Assembly: GCF_000315625.1 (NCBI RefSeq)
Contig: NW_005434660.1
Span: 742,738 to 806,737, forward strand
Direction of reading: 5' to 3'
DNA length: 64,000 bases
Source: Guillardia theta CCMP2712
Lineage: Eukaryota; Protista; Cryptophyta
The translations under genes and the position numbers were made by a program. Below the pieces are notes generated by a model. That model was given only the letters and a program-made list of their open reading frames with translations. It made no database searches and was not told where the DNA came from. Below, in pieces: positions 12,521 through 27,219 of this stretch; position 1 is the first letter of the stretch; each line of letters begins with the position of its first letter.

Positions 12521-15500
12521 GCACTCAGCAGTACTGTGACAGTCTCCTGGGGCCCGGCGATACTTGCGGCAACTGTCGGGACCCGGCGGCATAAGCAATG
12601 ATACGGTCACCTCACGGCCGCGCCGGCACAAGGCTGATCGAGGACTTCTGCCATCTGCCAAGAGCTCCGTCACATGCCGTTGAACTTTGCTTGAACCCTC
12701 CCGACGCCGGACAGCCGCGAGGAGTGACAAGCGGTCCGATGGCGCTTCGAGCTCTTGGTTCGCCCGAGTCGGGCCCGCAGTGCCGGGTGCAGTGCGGCGG
12801 GCCGCCAGCCAGTGCCCGGCGCTGGTCCGGGACGGTCCGAGATTTTACGGTTCCGAAGTTCAGTCACGAAGCCTTTCAGCCTCCGCCTGGCAGGCTGAGA
12901 CCGTCCCCGGGCCCGGGTGTCACACGGTCCCGGCCGTATGGTCTGCCAGGCTGGGCTCGGAGGCACTGTCGTGCCATCAGAGTCTGAGCCGGACCGCCGC
13001 GGCGGGAGGCGGCTGAGAAAGTTGTGTTCGTCATTGATTGAATGATCATTCCAGGCTCCGAGGCTGACCGCGGGTGTATTCAATGGCATACTGATCCGAT
13101 ACTCGGACTCCCGGAGAGCCACTATCATATACTGGCCCGCGGCCGTCACTGAGTCACATCATCATCATCCCGGCCGCCCGCCGGCCTCCGAGCCCGGAGT
13201 CGGTGGCACCGGGCCGCGCCGCGGTCCCGGATCACTGAGTGTCGGGCCCGGCTGCGCGGCCGCCGGGCCCACGCCGTCCCGGCGCCCGGCCGCACCGGGT
13301 TTCAATCATCACGGTGACGCTCGGACTCAGCCGCAGCCTACCGGCGAGGCTTGCAGTGCCGCGCCGTGCGGCGGCCCGCGGCCGCAGTGAGCGGCGGCGG
13401 CCCTGTTTTACGCAAGCCTGGCAAGTTCGCGGGCCCGGATATGCCATCGGATGCACCGGGCCAGGGCCGCCGGCCCGGGCACTGATCGGAGTCGACGCCG
13501 TCTCGGATCCGATCCCGGCCGGCCCGGCACTCACGGTTTCTCGTACTTCCGAACGTGTCGGAAACTTTCAAAACTTTCAACTTCAAAAAAAATTTACTCA
13601 GCGGCGTGGGAGTTGAGTAATCGGCAAGGCTCTACAATTACCCTTTCCCGGCCCGATCACGGTCCTGGCCGGGCGAGTCATGGGTCATCATCGTTGATTA
13701 AAAGCGCCATAGCCCCCCATTCACCCCTGTGTTCCTTTCGAGGTACCCCGGTTTCCACGGAAGGGGGGCCGTTAGAACCGATTTAAATTTACAAGTGATT
13801 TATTCAAATGGATCTCCTACTATCAAGGAGGCTACCTCGCCAGTGCTGCACCGCTTGATGATTTTTTTTTATTTTAAGATTCGAATCGTTGCGTTGTCAC
13901 CGCACGTGCCTTTATGACATTCTCAACCACCCCCGCATACAGGTAAGAAATTGTCCAGGGTCACCCCCTCGTGTTTTCGAAGCGAGACTGGCAAATGAAA
14001 CAAAAAGTTGGCGTGCTGTATCTTCGCGGCAGGCGTCACGGCATGCTAGACTATCCGATAAATGGTATGGCTCTGAGGTAACTGGGGCGCCAACGTTCTT
14101 TGGATAGTGCGGAAGGTCTCGAAAAATCAATTTTTGTTGGGGCGAAAATGAAGCAAACTTGAGTGATTATTTTAGGTTACTGTGATCGGTATTAAGTCAA
14201 CAGGCCAAACGCACCCCCACGCGGTTGTGACGTGAGCCCAGTTAAATCTGCGATAGAATTCTATAAATGTTTCAATATTTGTGGGCCTTCACTACGCTTT
14301 GTTTTGTAGATTCCCATACATGAAAACACTTTTTTTATTGCAAAACTAATGTTTTTCGTCAAGATGACTGTAAAATGCTGACCCTCCAGTGCATCGTAGA
14401 GTCAGCTCTTGGGGGTAGGGTCACTTGCATTAGAAATTGGGGGTGGGTGGTGGGAGGATCAGGTAAAAGGGGGGCAGATTATTCGGTCACGTGTCGGAGT
14501 TTTTTCTTTCTTCTCGGGATGTTTCCAACAAAATCGACGAGGGTTCTCGCAGATTGCAAACAGAAAATAGTTTCAAAACTTATTTCAAATGTTCGTGTAA
14601 CAACCCAATTTGTTTCTGTCAAGAGCGACGGTGTAAGGACAGTTTTTCCAAATAATTTGAATTTTTCAAATTGATTATTCCAACTTTCTGGTCCAACATC
14701 CTAGTGAGGCGAAATCCTCTCTGCCTTACAGGATTAGGGCGGATGTAGGGGTGGGGTACCACAACTGCTTGCCTGCACTACGGGGTACTCAGATTGTATT
14801 TTAGTACAGGGTGTGTGGTGGGGGTACCCACCAGGGATCAGTGTTTTTTTCTAGTTGTGTAGAATCAGGACGTACCCCTGTCCACAGTGTAGTCCACCCA
14901 CCCTTCTCCTGAATTTCCTATAGCCTACCCCTGTACACTAGTCTTGACTACCCCTCGTTGCCCAATACGCCTGCTTCGAGCACTGCTAACCTGTTCCCAC
15001 CCTAACTCCTTTATAACTCTCGTCCCTCGGACCCACCACCCCCTTGATTGAAGTTTGAGCCAACACCACCCCCATCCCCTATACCCATGGACCAAGAAGC
15101 CCCACTATGCAACTATGGCTAGTCTATTCTCCACCCCACCCCCAGATTTCTGGAATGTCTGTTTTACTCATTTTCCCCCCTTTTCTCATTTTAGCCCCCA
15201 CATCACATGCGCAGCCCATTAACCACCCTACTCTCGTTCATGATCACCCCCCTTCTAAAATCACATTTCGTGTACCCCTACCCCTAATATTTCATCCCCA
15301 CCCGTGTGTTTCCCATACATAATTGAACAATTGAGAGATTGATTTGTCCCTTTTTGGCCACCACCGGTACCATTGGACAAGTACCCCTCAGAATGGATCA
15401 TCATGACAATTTACCCCTATCACCCCTACTGTACTCTTAAAGCACCCCACCCGCCCCCTATTTGAACCACCACTGCATGCGCCATACACCTTTGTACCAA

Positions 15501-16309
15501 AACTTTTTTTTGGCACCGGTCCTTACGTATGAGAACAAAGGAGTGTTTGTAGGGGTGGGTGGTTCAACGTACCCCGACAACAATGGATTTTCGGATGATC
15601 TACACGATTGTGTTCACCACCCCACCCTACGTGCTTCACGTACCACCCATCTAAATTCACTACCCCCTGGATCTCCTCCTACCCTACCCCGATGATCCTC
15701 ATCAATTACCCACCCTAGCTCAAAGAAATCCTGCACCACCCTCCCCTAACATGCTGACTGATCACCCCACCCCACTGTTCCCTGACCCAGTCTTGATTTC
15801 GTCTCATGCCCGATCACTGACACAAAACACCGGTACTTATGCCTTCATAATCACCGGTTATAATTAGTTTCGGAGGACCCCACCCCATGTGCATCCCTAC
15901 AAACCAAAATCCCGACCACCTCAAGATAACACTCTGATCAGGTGATGTGGTGTGGGTGGGGGAGGGTATACACCACCACCCCCCTAGGGTTCCACAGAGT
16001 ACCCACCCATTGCAGTACAACCCCCGTCCCCCGTTTTCTTGTCCTCGCCCCCATCCTCAACAAGCCGCACGTCCTAACCCTGTTTACCTCCTCTTCCTCT
16101 CTTTGACTGACCTTCCATCCTTTCTCCTCCCTGTACCTACCGCTCCTCGCTGTTCCTCCTTGCTCCTTCCCGCTCCTCCTTGCTCGCCTCCGCATCTCGC
16201 TTCATTCTTCTTTCGAAGGACACAGAGCTAGGCTCGTGCATTCCTACTCTTCAGTTTGTGCACTGGAGTTCAAACACTCCCGTGCAGCCGGCGCGTTTTC
16301 CTGTACTGT

Positions 16310-17783
16310 ATGTCATCAGCGCTCAACAAAAGACAACCTAAAGCGAAAGAGGGAATGTCTTATGCGATGTCGAAGAAGTCAAAGTGCCTTGTAAATGCCT
16401 CAAAAGGTGAGGGTTGCTCTGTTCTGTAACGTTTGCTCTTGCTTATTTGTTGGCTGCAGTGTCCAAGCCGAAAGGAAGCATGGACAAGATCAAGGCATCA
16501 GCTGCTCCTCTTGCCACACAGAACAGAAGGAAAGGCTGTAACGCACCTGTGGAGTCGCCAACCTGCGAGGACGAGGAGATGGCAGGAGGAGCTAACGTCT
16601 CTGCCAACCACAACAAGTGCGATCCCTTGTGTCTTGTGCTGATGCAGCTCCCTCACGCTGTTACTCAGGTACTGCCACTTCTGCCAGCACGTCAAAGTCC
16701 GTGCGAGCTCCATGCTGGCCTGCGAGAACCCCGAGTGCTGCCGGAGGTTCTGCGAGCACTGCCTGCTTACCCACCTGAACGAGGACGTGGACCCCATGTC
16801 GAGTGACGCCTGGTCGATCTCCAACGGCAAGGTGAGCTCTCTTTCCTCCACCACCACCACCTCCTCCTCCTCCTCCACCACCACCACCACCACCGCCACC
16901 CTCCTGACGTGTTGCTCATCAGCCTGTCTGGAGCTGCCCCATCTGTCGCAACAAGTGCTGCTGCAGCGTCACGGACTGCACGGCGGATCATAGGCATTGC
17001 AAGGCATACAGATATCGCAGGAGGCGAGCAGAGCTGGCGTCGAAGAGGATGGCGGCAGTGGCGGACAAGAGGGTGAAGAAGACCATCACCAAGCCCAAGA
17101 CGCCGACCATGGCGAGGCCAACCATCTCCCTCTTCGGACATCGCTCTTCCAGCTCGTCGAGCATCGACACGCCACCTGCCTGGGCCTCGGGCTCGCACCT
17201 CAGTGACGCCTGGACATCCCGCAAGGAGGCGATGAAGACGCATGGAGGGGAGGAGGCAGACTCGGACGTGCTCTCACCGGTTGATTCGGTGGTGGCCAGC
17301 CCAAGGGACTCGGTGAGAAACCTCAAGGAGGCCAGGAAGGAGACGGACGCGCTGGGGATCTGGCAGCCCATCCATGACGGAGGGGAAGCGAACTTTGATG
17401 AGGGCCACCCCTTCTTCGAGGAGAAGGAGGCTGCGGACATGGAAGATGGGGATCAGTTCGGGGAGATGAATGAACAGGACATGTTCGGTAGCATGTACGG
17501 CCACATGTGCCCGATGCCTGACGACTACGAGTCTGCAATGTCGGATGTGACGTCTGACCTTTGGTCGGACCCAACGCTGAGCAGCGAGAAAGAGTTTGTG
17601 AAACTGGAGGACGGCGAGTTGGACGAGGCTCAATGGCTGAGGAAGACTTACGAGACTGTTTATAACCCCGCTGCTCGACAGCGGGCGCTGCAGAATCTCA
17701 TGTCGTGTATAGGAGGAAAGGCGAGAGAGGCGGCTGTCAACGACGGACCCAGGAAATGCACGGTCATGTACGATTTTGTGTAG
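16310..17783 (+). CDS. zf-4CXXC_R1 (CDCA7-like) zinc-finger protein, divergent
   Basis: Spliced exons give YCHFCQHVK...MLACENPECCRRFCEHCLLTHLNE...WSCPICRNKCCCS, which follows the CDCA7/JMJ 4CXXC cysteine spacing. A basic stretch and an acidic tail follow, with the stop at 17783. Confidence 0.75.
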
Positions 17784-18142
17784 AGGGGACCAGTAGGGGG
17801 GGCAGGGGTTGTTATTATTTGTTTGTGTTGAGATCGGACGATCTCCTGTTACTGCTAAGAGAGCATGCAACAAGCTGCATGTTAAGTATGAACCAGTGAT
17901 ATATAACTTTAAGCTGTATAACTTATAAAAAGTGCTAACAATGAAATAGAAAACATGTACTCTTAGTCTGATCCGCACAATCGGGGAAAGCTACGCATCT
18001 CTGGACGACTAAAAAGCTTATCGTGACAAAAACGATCTCGCACTTTGCTCCGAGACTGTGTGTCAGGTTATGAGTTGTGAGCTAATCAAAGTGCGTGTGA
18101 ACAGTTCCTTTCATTTCACCAAGTGAGTCTAGCTGAAATTAT

Positions 18143-20730
18143 CTACACGGTGGAGAGATCCTTCTCTTTGGCCTGCAAAAATCAAGTCAGCGTGCAAAAA
18201 TCAAGTCAGCGTTTTGTCCTCCTCCTCTCCCTCCCCTCTCCCCCTTTTTTCTCCTCCTCCTCCTCCTCAGAGCGATCTCTAAAGAGTGTCACCGCGCAGA
18301 GGTTGTCGATTTCTTTGGATGAGCTGTCCGTAAGCTTCTGGATGTCGTCCTGCATCGAAATCAGAGCAGGGAGCAGCAGGCAGGAGACAGAGAGCAGAGG
18401 AGGGAGGAGTAAAGAACGAGAAGAAGAGCATGCAAAGTCGAGAGCGTAGGGGGAGGAGCAGTAAGATTTGCAAGAGTTGGACAGTGTGAGGAGGGAGAGC
18501 AGGATCGTGAGTTGGCGATCATGCAGGACCTGAGTAGACTTGGACTGGTCTTCTGAGACAACGCTGTCCTTCTCCAGCTTCTTCACCGCATCAACCCCTG
18601 TCCTCCTGATGTTCCTCAAGGCGACCTGACGAGCACAGAAGATGTGAGGAGAGCAGGGAGGAGAGGAAAGCTTTGGGAGGACGAGGAGACAAAGGGAAGG
18701 GAGCGTGGGGACTGAAGAAATGAGGTAGGCAAGGAGAGGGGGGAAAGAGACCCTGAACAAGTAGAAGAAGAAAGGGGAGGTAGCAAGGAGGAGACAGAGA
18801 AGACGAGGAAGGGGAGGAGAGTGAAGAAGGAGGAATGCAGGATTGCTCCGACCTTTCCTTCCTCTGCGACATTCTTAGCCTGTTTGACGTAGTTCTGCCT
18901 TGTCTCAGCAGTGAGCGGGGGGATGGAGATGCGGATGATGGCGCCGTCGTTGTTGGGGTTGAGACCAAGGTCAGACGCCATGATCGCCTTCTCGATATTC
19001 TCTGGATGAGTCGTGAGTGACAACGGTATCAGGTAGGATGAAGATTAAACAGCGGATCACGGGCCACGAGGGAGGGGGGGATAGGGGATGAGGGAGGGAG
19101 GGGAGGGAGGGGAGGGAGGGGAGGGGAGGGGAGGGTGGAAGAATCTAGATTACTGAGAGCGCTCTTCTCGAACGGATCGATGGAGATCATGGAGGCACTT
19201 TGGATCTGAATGGAAGCAATCTGCTAGATGGATCAATTCTTGTTTCCCCTCCTCTACTCCTGCACCTTCTTTGCCCATCCTCACGCATCCTTCCCCCTCC
19301 TCTCCTCCTCCTCCTTCCCCCTACTTTCTCTGCTCCTGACTGTCCTCACTCTACCTGTGGCAAGGGAGTAGGAACGTCGTAGTAATCGACAAGAACTTTG
19401 TCGAAAATGTTGGGAGACGGTCGGCCAGTGCGGATGGTGGCAAGTGCCTCGCGAGTGTTTTCAACCGTTTTCTTCATCTTCTCCTTCACCCCATTGATGA
19501 TCTGAAACGCAAGTCAGACCTGCTCGTGCTCCCGCTCCCGCTCCCGCTCCTCGTTCTCGTCCTTGTTCTCGCCCTCCTGCTCCTCCTCCTCCTGCCCCCC
19601 CTGCTCTTTTGCTTTTCTCTTTTGCTTACCGTCTTGACATCTCCACCCTTGACGTCAGTGTCAACCTGAGCAGAGACAGCCAAATCAGTGGTGGCAAAAA
19701 TATAAAAATGTGAGGGGGAGGCCAGAAAGGACTAGGCAAAGAAAGCAAGAGGAAAAGAAAGGAGGAAGAAGAGCAACAACAAGACGTAGAGGAGGGGACA
19801 GAGCATTCGAATCAGCTACAGTAGAGAGCAAAAACCTTCTCCATCTTGACTTCAGCCACAGCGTCGCCTCCTCCCTTCCCACCCTTCCCCTTGGTCTCTT
19901 TCTTCCCCTTGGCCATCATCACCAGGCTCGATGCTCTTCTGGGCTCGGCAAACTTGGGAGCAAAGCTAGACAGCGGAGCATGAGGCAGGAAAGAAGATGA
20001 GGGGGACTGAAAGAGGGAGGCTAGAGACGAAGGGAAGGTGATGAAGAAGGGGGTGGGGGTGCGGGGATGGATGGGGGGAGGGGGGTACCACGCATTTGGT
20101 CTCAGCGGCATGCCCGTTAGAGAGGATTTGGCACCAAAAGAAGATCGTAGAGCAGGAGAAACCTGAGAATCATGTCAGACAGCATGATACAATGTCAATG
20201 ATACAAGAATGTACGTGATAAATCAATTAGTGGTTGAAGATTATGAGCATCAGAGGTCAACCAACATGAACAAGGAAGGGAGGATCATCATACTTCTTTG
20301 ACTGTCTCGTCATGTGGTACAACATCGTGAGACGAAATGGTGTGGTAAGTGTCAAGCACATGGCAAAACTCCACTAGCGACCTCTCTCTCACGATCGGCA
20401 CTCTTCAACCTCTCCTCTCTTCCATGAGATCACCCCCTCCGCCTTGCACCCGAACTTCACTCGTTCTTAACATGACGATAAGAAATCCTTCTCCTTCTTG
20501 CGTGATGGCGACCTCCGACCTAACTTGCTACATCCTCCCAGTGCCCCTGGCTCCTGGCATATCCCCTTTCCTCAACATGATACATCACGGTAAGTATCTC
20601 CGCGATCTCACTCTCCCGACTCCTCCTCTCAGCTGGTGTGATCAAATTATCGTTTCCTCCTCCTCCATTCTCTCACCTCCATGCATGGCGCATATGCGAG
20701 CGATAGCGTGACCAGAGCTCCTGCCACCAT
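18143..20730 (-). CDS. frr: Ribosome recycling factor, plastid-type, with bipartite leader; about 10 exons
   Basis: Exons read [91 protein letters not shown] and KEKDLSTV*. The hydrophobic first exon [18 protein letters not shown] is followed by a Ser/Arg-rich transit region. Confidence 0.9.
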
Positions 20731-21077
20731 GGCGGCCGCTTTGATGGATTATCGTCGAACTCCAAGAAAGGGGTTGTCGATAGATCAGGGAAAGAGGGGT
20801 AGGGTCCCTCTCTTGGTTCTTCAGGTGGTAGGGGGTACATTGTCTATGGGTAGGGTGGTAAAACAACAAGGAATTTGATGGTAATACGAGGGTACCACGT
20901 TATAAACTATTGAGTGGATTGCCGGGTGGGTCCTACAAACTTTGGGTGGTCGGAGAGGACAGGGGGTAGGGGTTATGAGACGGAAGATGTGTGGTGTAAA
21001 ACAACGAAAAATGAAAGAAAAACAAAAAAAAGTTAGCTGGAGGACTGGGAGTCAGTTGCACCACTACTATTTCATTC

Positions 21078-22583
21078 ATGGCGTTGGCGAGGATGCGCCT
21101 CTTCGGCGCCATGCGCAGAATGTCGACCACAGCTGAGGTGAGAGGGTGAGGACGAGGGGGACGAGGAGGACGAGAACGAGGAGGACGAGGAGGACGAGGA
21201 GGACGAGGACGAGAAGGAGAAGGAGGAGGACGAGTAGGACGAGGAGGACGAGGAGGACGAGGACGAGGATGAAGACGAGGAGGTCGCCGGAGGACGAGGA
21301 CAAAGAACATGACGAGCACTAGGGGAGAAGAATGAACACAGAAGGAGAGGTGTAGAAAGATAAAAAAGATCGATGAAATCAGAACAATGCATGCAGCACG
21401 GGTTGTGAAGTGTTCAGAGCAGCATGGAATACAGCGGAAGACATGGTAGAGGAATGGGAGAAGGCGCAAAGGAGATAAAGAGAGGAATGGAGAGGATGAT
21501 CAGGGAGCGGCATGGAGGCACACAGAACAACATCAAGAGGAGAATCTCAATAGGAAGTAGAAGGGAGGCATGCCGATAAGATTTTGTCTTTCAGAAGCTG
21601 GTTACAGTGGAGATGAAGTCATCCAAAGTTGCGATCGTCAGAATGAACAGGCCGCCTGTCAATGCACTCAGCAAGGACCTCATGCATGGACTCAGGCGAA
21701 CTATTTGTGATCTTGAGGATAATGACGTCAAGGGAATCGTCCTCACCTCGTCATCCAAAGTGTTCTGCGCTGGACTCGACCTTGCGGAGCTCCTGAACCC
21801 AACACAAGAGTTCGTCTCGTCCTTCTGGAAGGAGCTCCAGGGCCTCTGGATCACGCTGTACAGCTCGAGACTGGTGACGGTTGCCGCTGTCAACGGAGCA
21901 GCGCCCGCCGCTGGCTGCATGCTGGCCTTGTCTTGCGACTACCGGATGATGTCGAGCAAGAACGTGATTGGAATGAACGAGACCAAGTTCGGGCTGTTCC
22001 CTCCTCCCTGGTTCGTTGAGCTGATGGCCGACACCGTGGGCCGGCGAAAGGCCGAGATGCTCCTGCTGCAGGGCACTCTCCTCTCGGTGAGCCCTGCCCC
22101 TCTCCCCTCTCCCCCCTGCTGACCTTCAGCTGGGTGTGCTGAGCAGACCGAGGACGCGCTGGCATGCGGCATGATCGACCAGATTGTGGAGAGTGAGAGG
22201 CTAGTGGACGCTGCCTGCGAGTATGCGGAGAAGGTCGTCAAGTCGACTGACCGAAAGGTGAGTCAGCACCTCCTCCTCCCTCGCGTCCCATCCTGTGGTG
22301 CTCAATCGCAACGTGGCTGGCAGGCTTACCAGACGACGAAGGAGTCGTTAAGGGCGCGTGCTACGAACGACCTGCTCAAAGTTCGTCTCCCTCCAGATGC
22401 CTGTGGCCTGCCTGACGACCTCTCCTCCTGCTAGATCCAAGAAGAGGAGCAGCGGATTTTCTCGCAATTGTTCACGAGTCCCAACATCCAGGACAAGATA
22501 GCCAAGTGCTCCTCTTTCTCCTTGTTGGCAACTCCCCACCTGATTGTGCCGGCAGGTATGTTGAGTCCCTCAAGTCAAAGTGA
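21078..22583 (+). CDS. ECI1: Enoyl-CoA delta isomerase 1 (crotonase fold), mitochondrial
   Basis: Mitochondrial-type presequence MALARMRLFGAMRRMST. Core motifs MNRPPVNAL, FCAGLDLAEL, AAVNGAAPAAGCMLALSCDYR and IGMNETKFG. Ends YVESLKSK*. Confidence 0.85.
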
Positions 22584-23734
22584 TCGGGTTCATCCCGGTC
22601 CCATTCAACCGTCGACCGAATAGCAGCAAACCGTTGAAACCGTCGGACTGACCTCAGCGTCTCGGCCCCGGACTCGGACTCGGGCGGCTGGCTCTGCTCA
22701 GCTGGCTGACCTCCGGGAGTCCGCCGCGCCGCGGCGGCGGCGGCTCCGGGCGGGGGCCGCCGGTAGTGTGACTCCGGAAACGGCGCGCCGCGACGCCGGG
22801 GCCGGGACCGTGACGGCGGCGCTTGATGGCCGGGCAGTGAGTCCCGGCGGGCCGTCGCCCGGCCGGGAACTTGAACTTGGGTCCGACCTCAGCAGCCCGG
22901 CCGCACCGTGCCCTGATTGCCCGGCCGCCGATCATCATGGCAGCCCGGCCGGCCCCGGCTGTGATGACCAGTGGTTTGGAAACTGAAAGCCTCGCTGAGT
23001 AGCGGCTCCGAATCAGTAACTAATAAAGTGCGCTGACTCTGCTTTGAGCCGTGGCCCGTCCGAGCCTGCCAGGATCCGGGCCGAGAGTCGGACTCAGTTG
23101 GCCCGGGCCCGCCGGTTTAGATCGCCGGCCCGGGGTCACAAGTTTAGGTAACGAGATTGCTTCCTCTGATCTTGGCTCTATTGCCTGACAGCGAACGTTG
23201 AGTAAAGGTGTAGCGGAAATGGCGGGAGAGCGGAGGAGGAAGAGGAGGAGGAGAGGCAGCGGAGGCGCAATGGACCGCGCGCTGTTCCCTTCTCATCCCA
23301 TCCAGTGTGCTGTTTGATCCAGAAGCTGCTCGCTTGCTGCTGCGACCTTGTCTTCTTCCTGTTTTCTCTGGCTTCGTGAGATCTTCGTTTCCGTTCTGCA
23401 GGTGGTGTTGTATGCCTGCTTCCCCCTTTGCTCCGACACGAGTTGTCACGATCATTGACATCTGATGCTGAGACAAGTTGGTAGAGGAAGAAGCCCTCAG
23501 ATGTTCGGTAGGGGAACTGAGGAAGAGCGAGTTACTCTGGGGGTTAAGTAGTGGAGCACAGGTTTTTTGTAAAAGTAGCGTCAGGTTGTTGCGTATTGCA
23601 CATGCGTGTATGAGTGAACACTTCTGCTAATTTCATGGAGGTTATGTGCAAAAGGTGGCTCGGGGAGATGCTGCTTCCTGCTGCTTGCTGCGGAGGAGGA
23701 GAGACTGAACGACGTGTTTAGGTCCTGAACAAGA

Positions 23735-25343
<1,609 letters not shown>

Positions 25344-25507
25344 GTTGCTGACTCCCCTCGCCGTCGTCATTAGACAGCAAATCCCAGGTTTGTCTTGTAG
25401 TTTTTTAGCAATAACAGGTAGACGCGTCATGTCGAAATAGAATACACAAGTCCTGCAGGCTCTACACAAAGAGTTCCTGAGTACCATCCTCGCTTGTCTG
25501 CCTACTG

Positions 25508-26390
25508 TCAGCCAGTAACTTTGAGGGTACGAACCATCATCACCTGCAAATGAGAAACGATCCTGTCTTCGCTCCGTGTGTCCTGACGGTAGTTGTTCAC
25601 CCTGCTGAACGCTCCAGAAAAGGCTGCAAACAAGCGCTCAGGAATGGCCCGGGGGTCTTGTAGACCACAAGACCTGTCCTGAAGTCGGGCATGCGCTGCC
25701 GGGTCTCGTACGACGAGATCTGATCGCGCAGCTTGCACCAGCAGTAGGTGACAACACAGACGGCAAACACGGCGAGGAACACGGTGGTTGAGACAACAAC
25801 AGGCATCATGATGCCCCAGTTGACTCCTACACCCCAAGTGAGACTCATCCTTCTACCGTCAACCAAACTAGACGTCACTTACCATCGCTGTTGGTCGTCG
25901 GCGATGGCGTACTGGACATTGTTAGGCTTGTTGGTTGAAAACCCGCAAATCTGCCAGCAGGAATATGAGGAGAGGAGCAGCCCCGACCCGCAGTGCACAG
26001 CTTACCAGTGCAATTATCAATGGGAATCGAAGTAGAGATGGTGGATGCTCTCCATTCAAGGCTGTCGCTGTCGGGGCAGAGAGCAGCGTCAAGGCAAGCG
26101 GGGCTGTTCTGAGATGTTACAACGATCCTGACAAGCTGGTCGCTTCCACTTGAACCAAGTCACGTCTGACTTGAGCGATGACTGAAGCTGCGTGCCGTGT
26201 GCCCCGATGACAGATGCGAGAAGGCTCGGGCTCTAAATACCAAGAGACTGAGGCTGAGCCTGAGCAGCCCGACAGCTGTCGAAGGAAACAATGTCGTTTC
26301 TGGATCCTGTCAGTCCAACAGCTGAGCCAGGTGATGGGAGTCACAGCTCGCAACCTGACCTCCGTCCGGATCCGTCGAGCCTTGTATAAT
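25508..26390 (-). CDS. Hypothetical single-pass membrane protein, multi-exon; 5' end unresolved
   Basis: TM segment WGIMMPVVVSTTVFLAVFAVCVVTYCW followed by CKLRDQ. Several GT..AG introns with coding-like exons lie upstream. Confidence 0.45.
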
Positions 26391-26803
26391 TCAACAAGAG
26401 TAAGCCTAGGGGATCAGTGGAGCAGAGGAGGGAGAGGAAGTGGAGGAGTCTATTCGATCCTGTCGAGTTTTGAGTCCTGCCAGGTATAAACGGGGGAAGT
26501 GCCGCACCGAGGTTCCTTCAGTGCGCACTGCCGAGCCTGAGCTCAGCAAGCGGAGCCCAGAAACTAGCTAGTCAGTGAACGCTTGCGGCGGCAATGGCCG
26601 TACAATCAGGGAGGCTGAGGGAGGATCCTCTGACACTTGGCTCGACGAGCTTCACTTCAAGTGAGTCTCAGGGGCAGCGACTGAGCTTGTTCTCAGGCCA
26701 GCATGTTCTTAGTAGCAGGGCCGCAGCAGCTGCCATTACGCATCGAGTCAAAAGGTACCCTCATCCCAACTTACTCAATACGGGGTCCTTCAGCTACAGC
26801 TTA

Positions 26804-27216
26804 GGGCCGTTTCACGCCGAGCCCAAAGCTCGAGTTTTTCCAATAGTTTTAAATGCATTTGAATTTTACATGTTTTTAAAGGTGAAATTATCATGTGTAG
26901 CCCATGCTCAGGGTTCGATATTTCATAACAAACATCCCGGTATTTAAAGGCTATCATACAACCTAGGCTGCCTTTCAATTTGATTTCAAACGATCAGTTT
27001 GACCAACTGTAGCCTCCACCCACCCCTTCTTTTGTTGAATTAAATCAGGGGTACTCATTTTGCTGACAAACTCGACCGCAACGGTTCACCATCTCGACCT
27101 TTGGAATTAAATTGTACTTTTATGTCAATGGGCCAGATGATTTCAATTTGTTTGAGTAAAAAATAGTACCACACTTGCTGACAAACTCGACCATTGGGCT
27201 TCGCGTGAAACGGCCC
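26804..27216. mobile_element. MITE family A, PIF/Harbinger (Tourist)-like, 413 bp
   Basis: 34-bp imperfect TIR starting GGGCCGTTTCACGC (first 14 bp perfect). TTA lies on both sides (26801-26803, 27217-27219). The interior is AT-rich and non-coding, and repeats the subterminal motif TTGCTGACAAACTCGACC. Confidence 0.85.
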
Positions 27217-27219
27217 TTA

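Noticed and set aside
12443-13786. Many overlapping Arg/Pro/Gly/Ala-rich ORFs in GC-rich blocks (also 22654-22986, 27627-27920, 50136-50481)
   Set aside because: Stop-codon scarcity at very high GC explains them. They show no domains or splice structure.
18174-18211. 19-bp tandem duplication at an frr splice acceptor
   Set aside because: A local slippage event. Only one copy ends in AG, so no coding effect is expected.
20163-20730. frr leader appears to lack the +1 Phe expected for stromal import
   Set aside because: The exon structure of the leader is uncertain and a micro-exon may be missed, so no claim is made.
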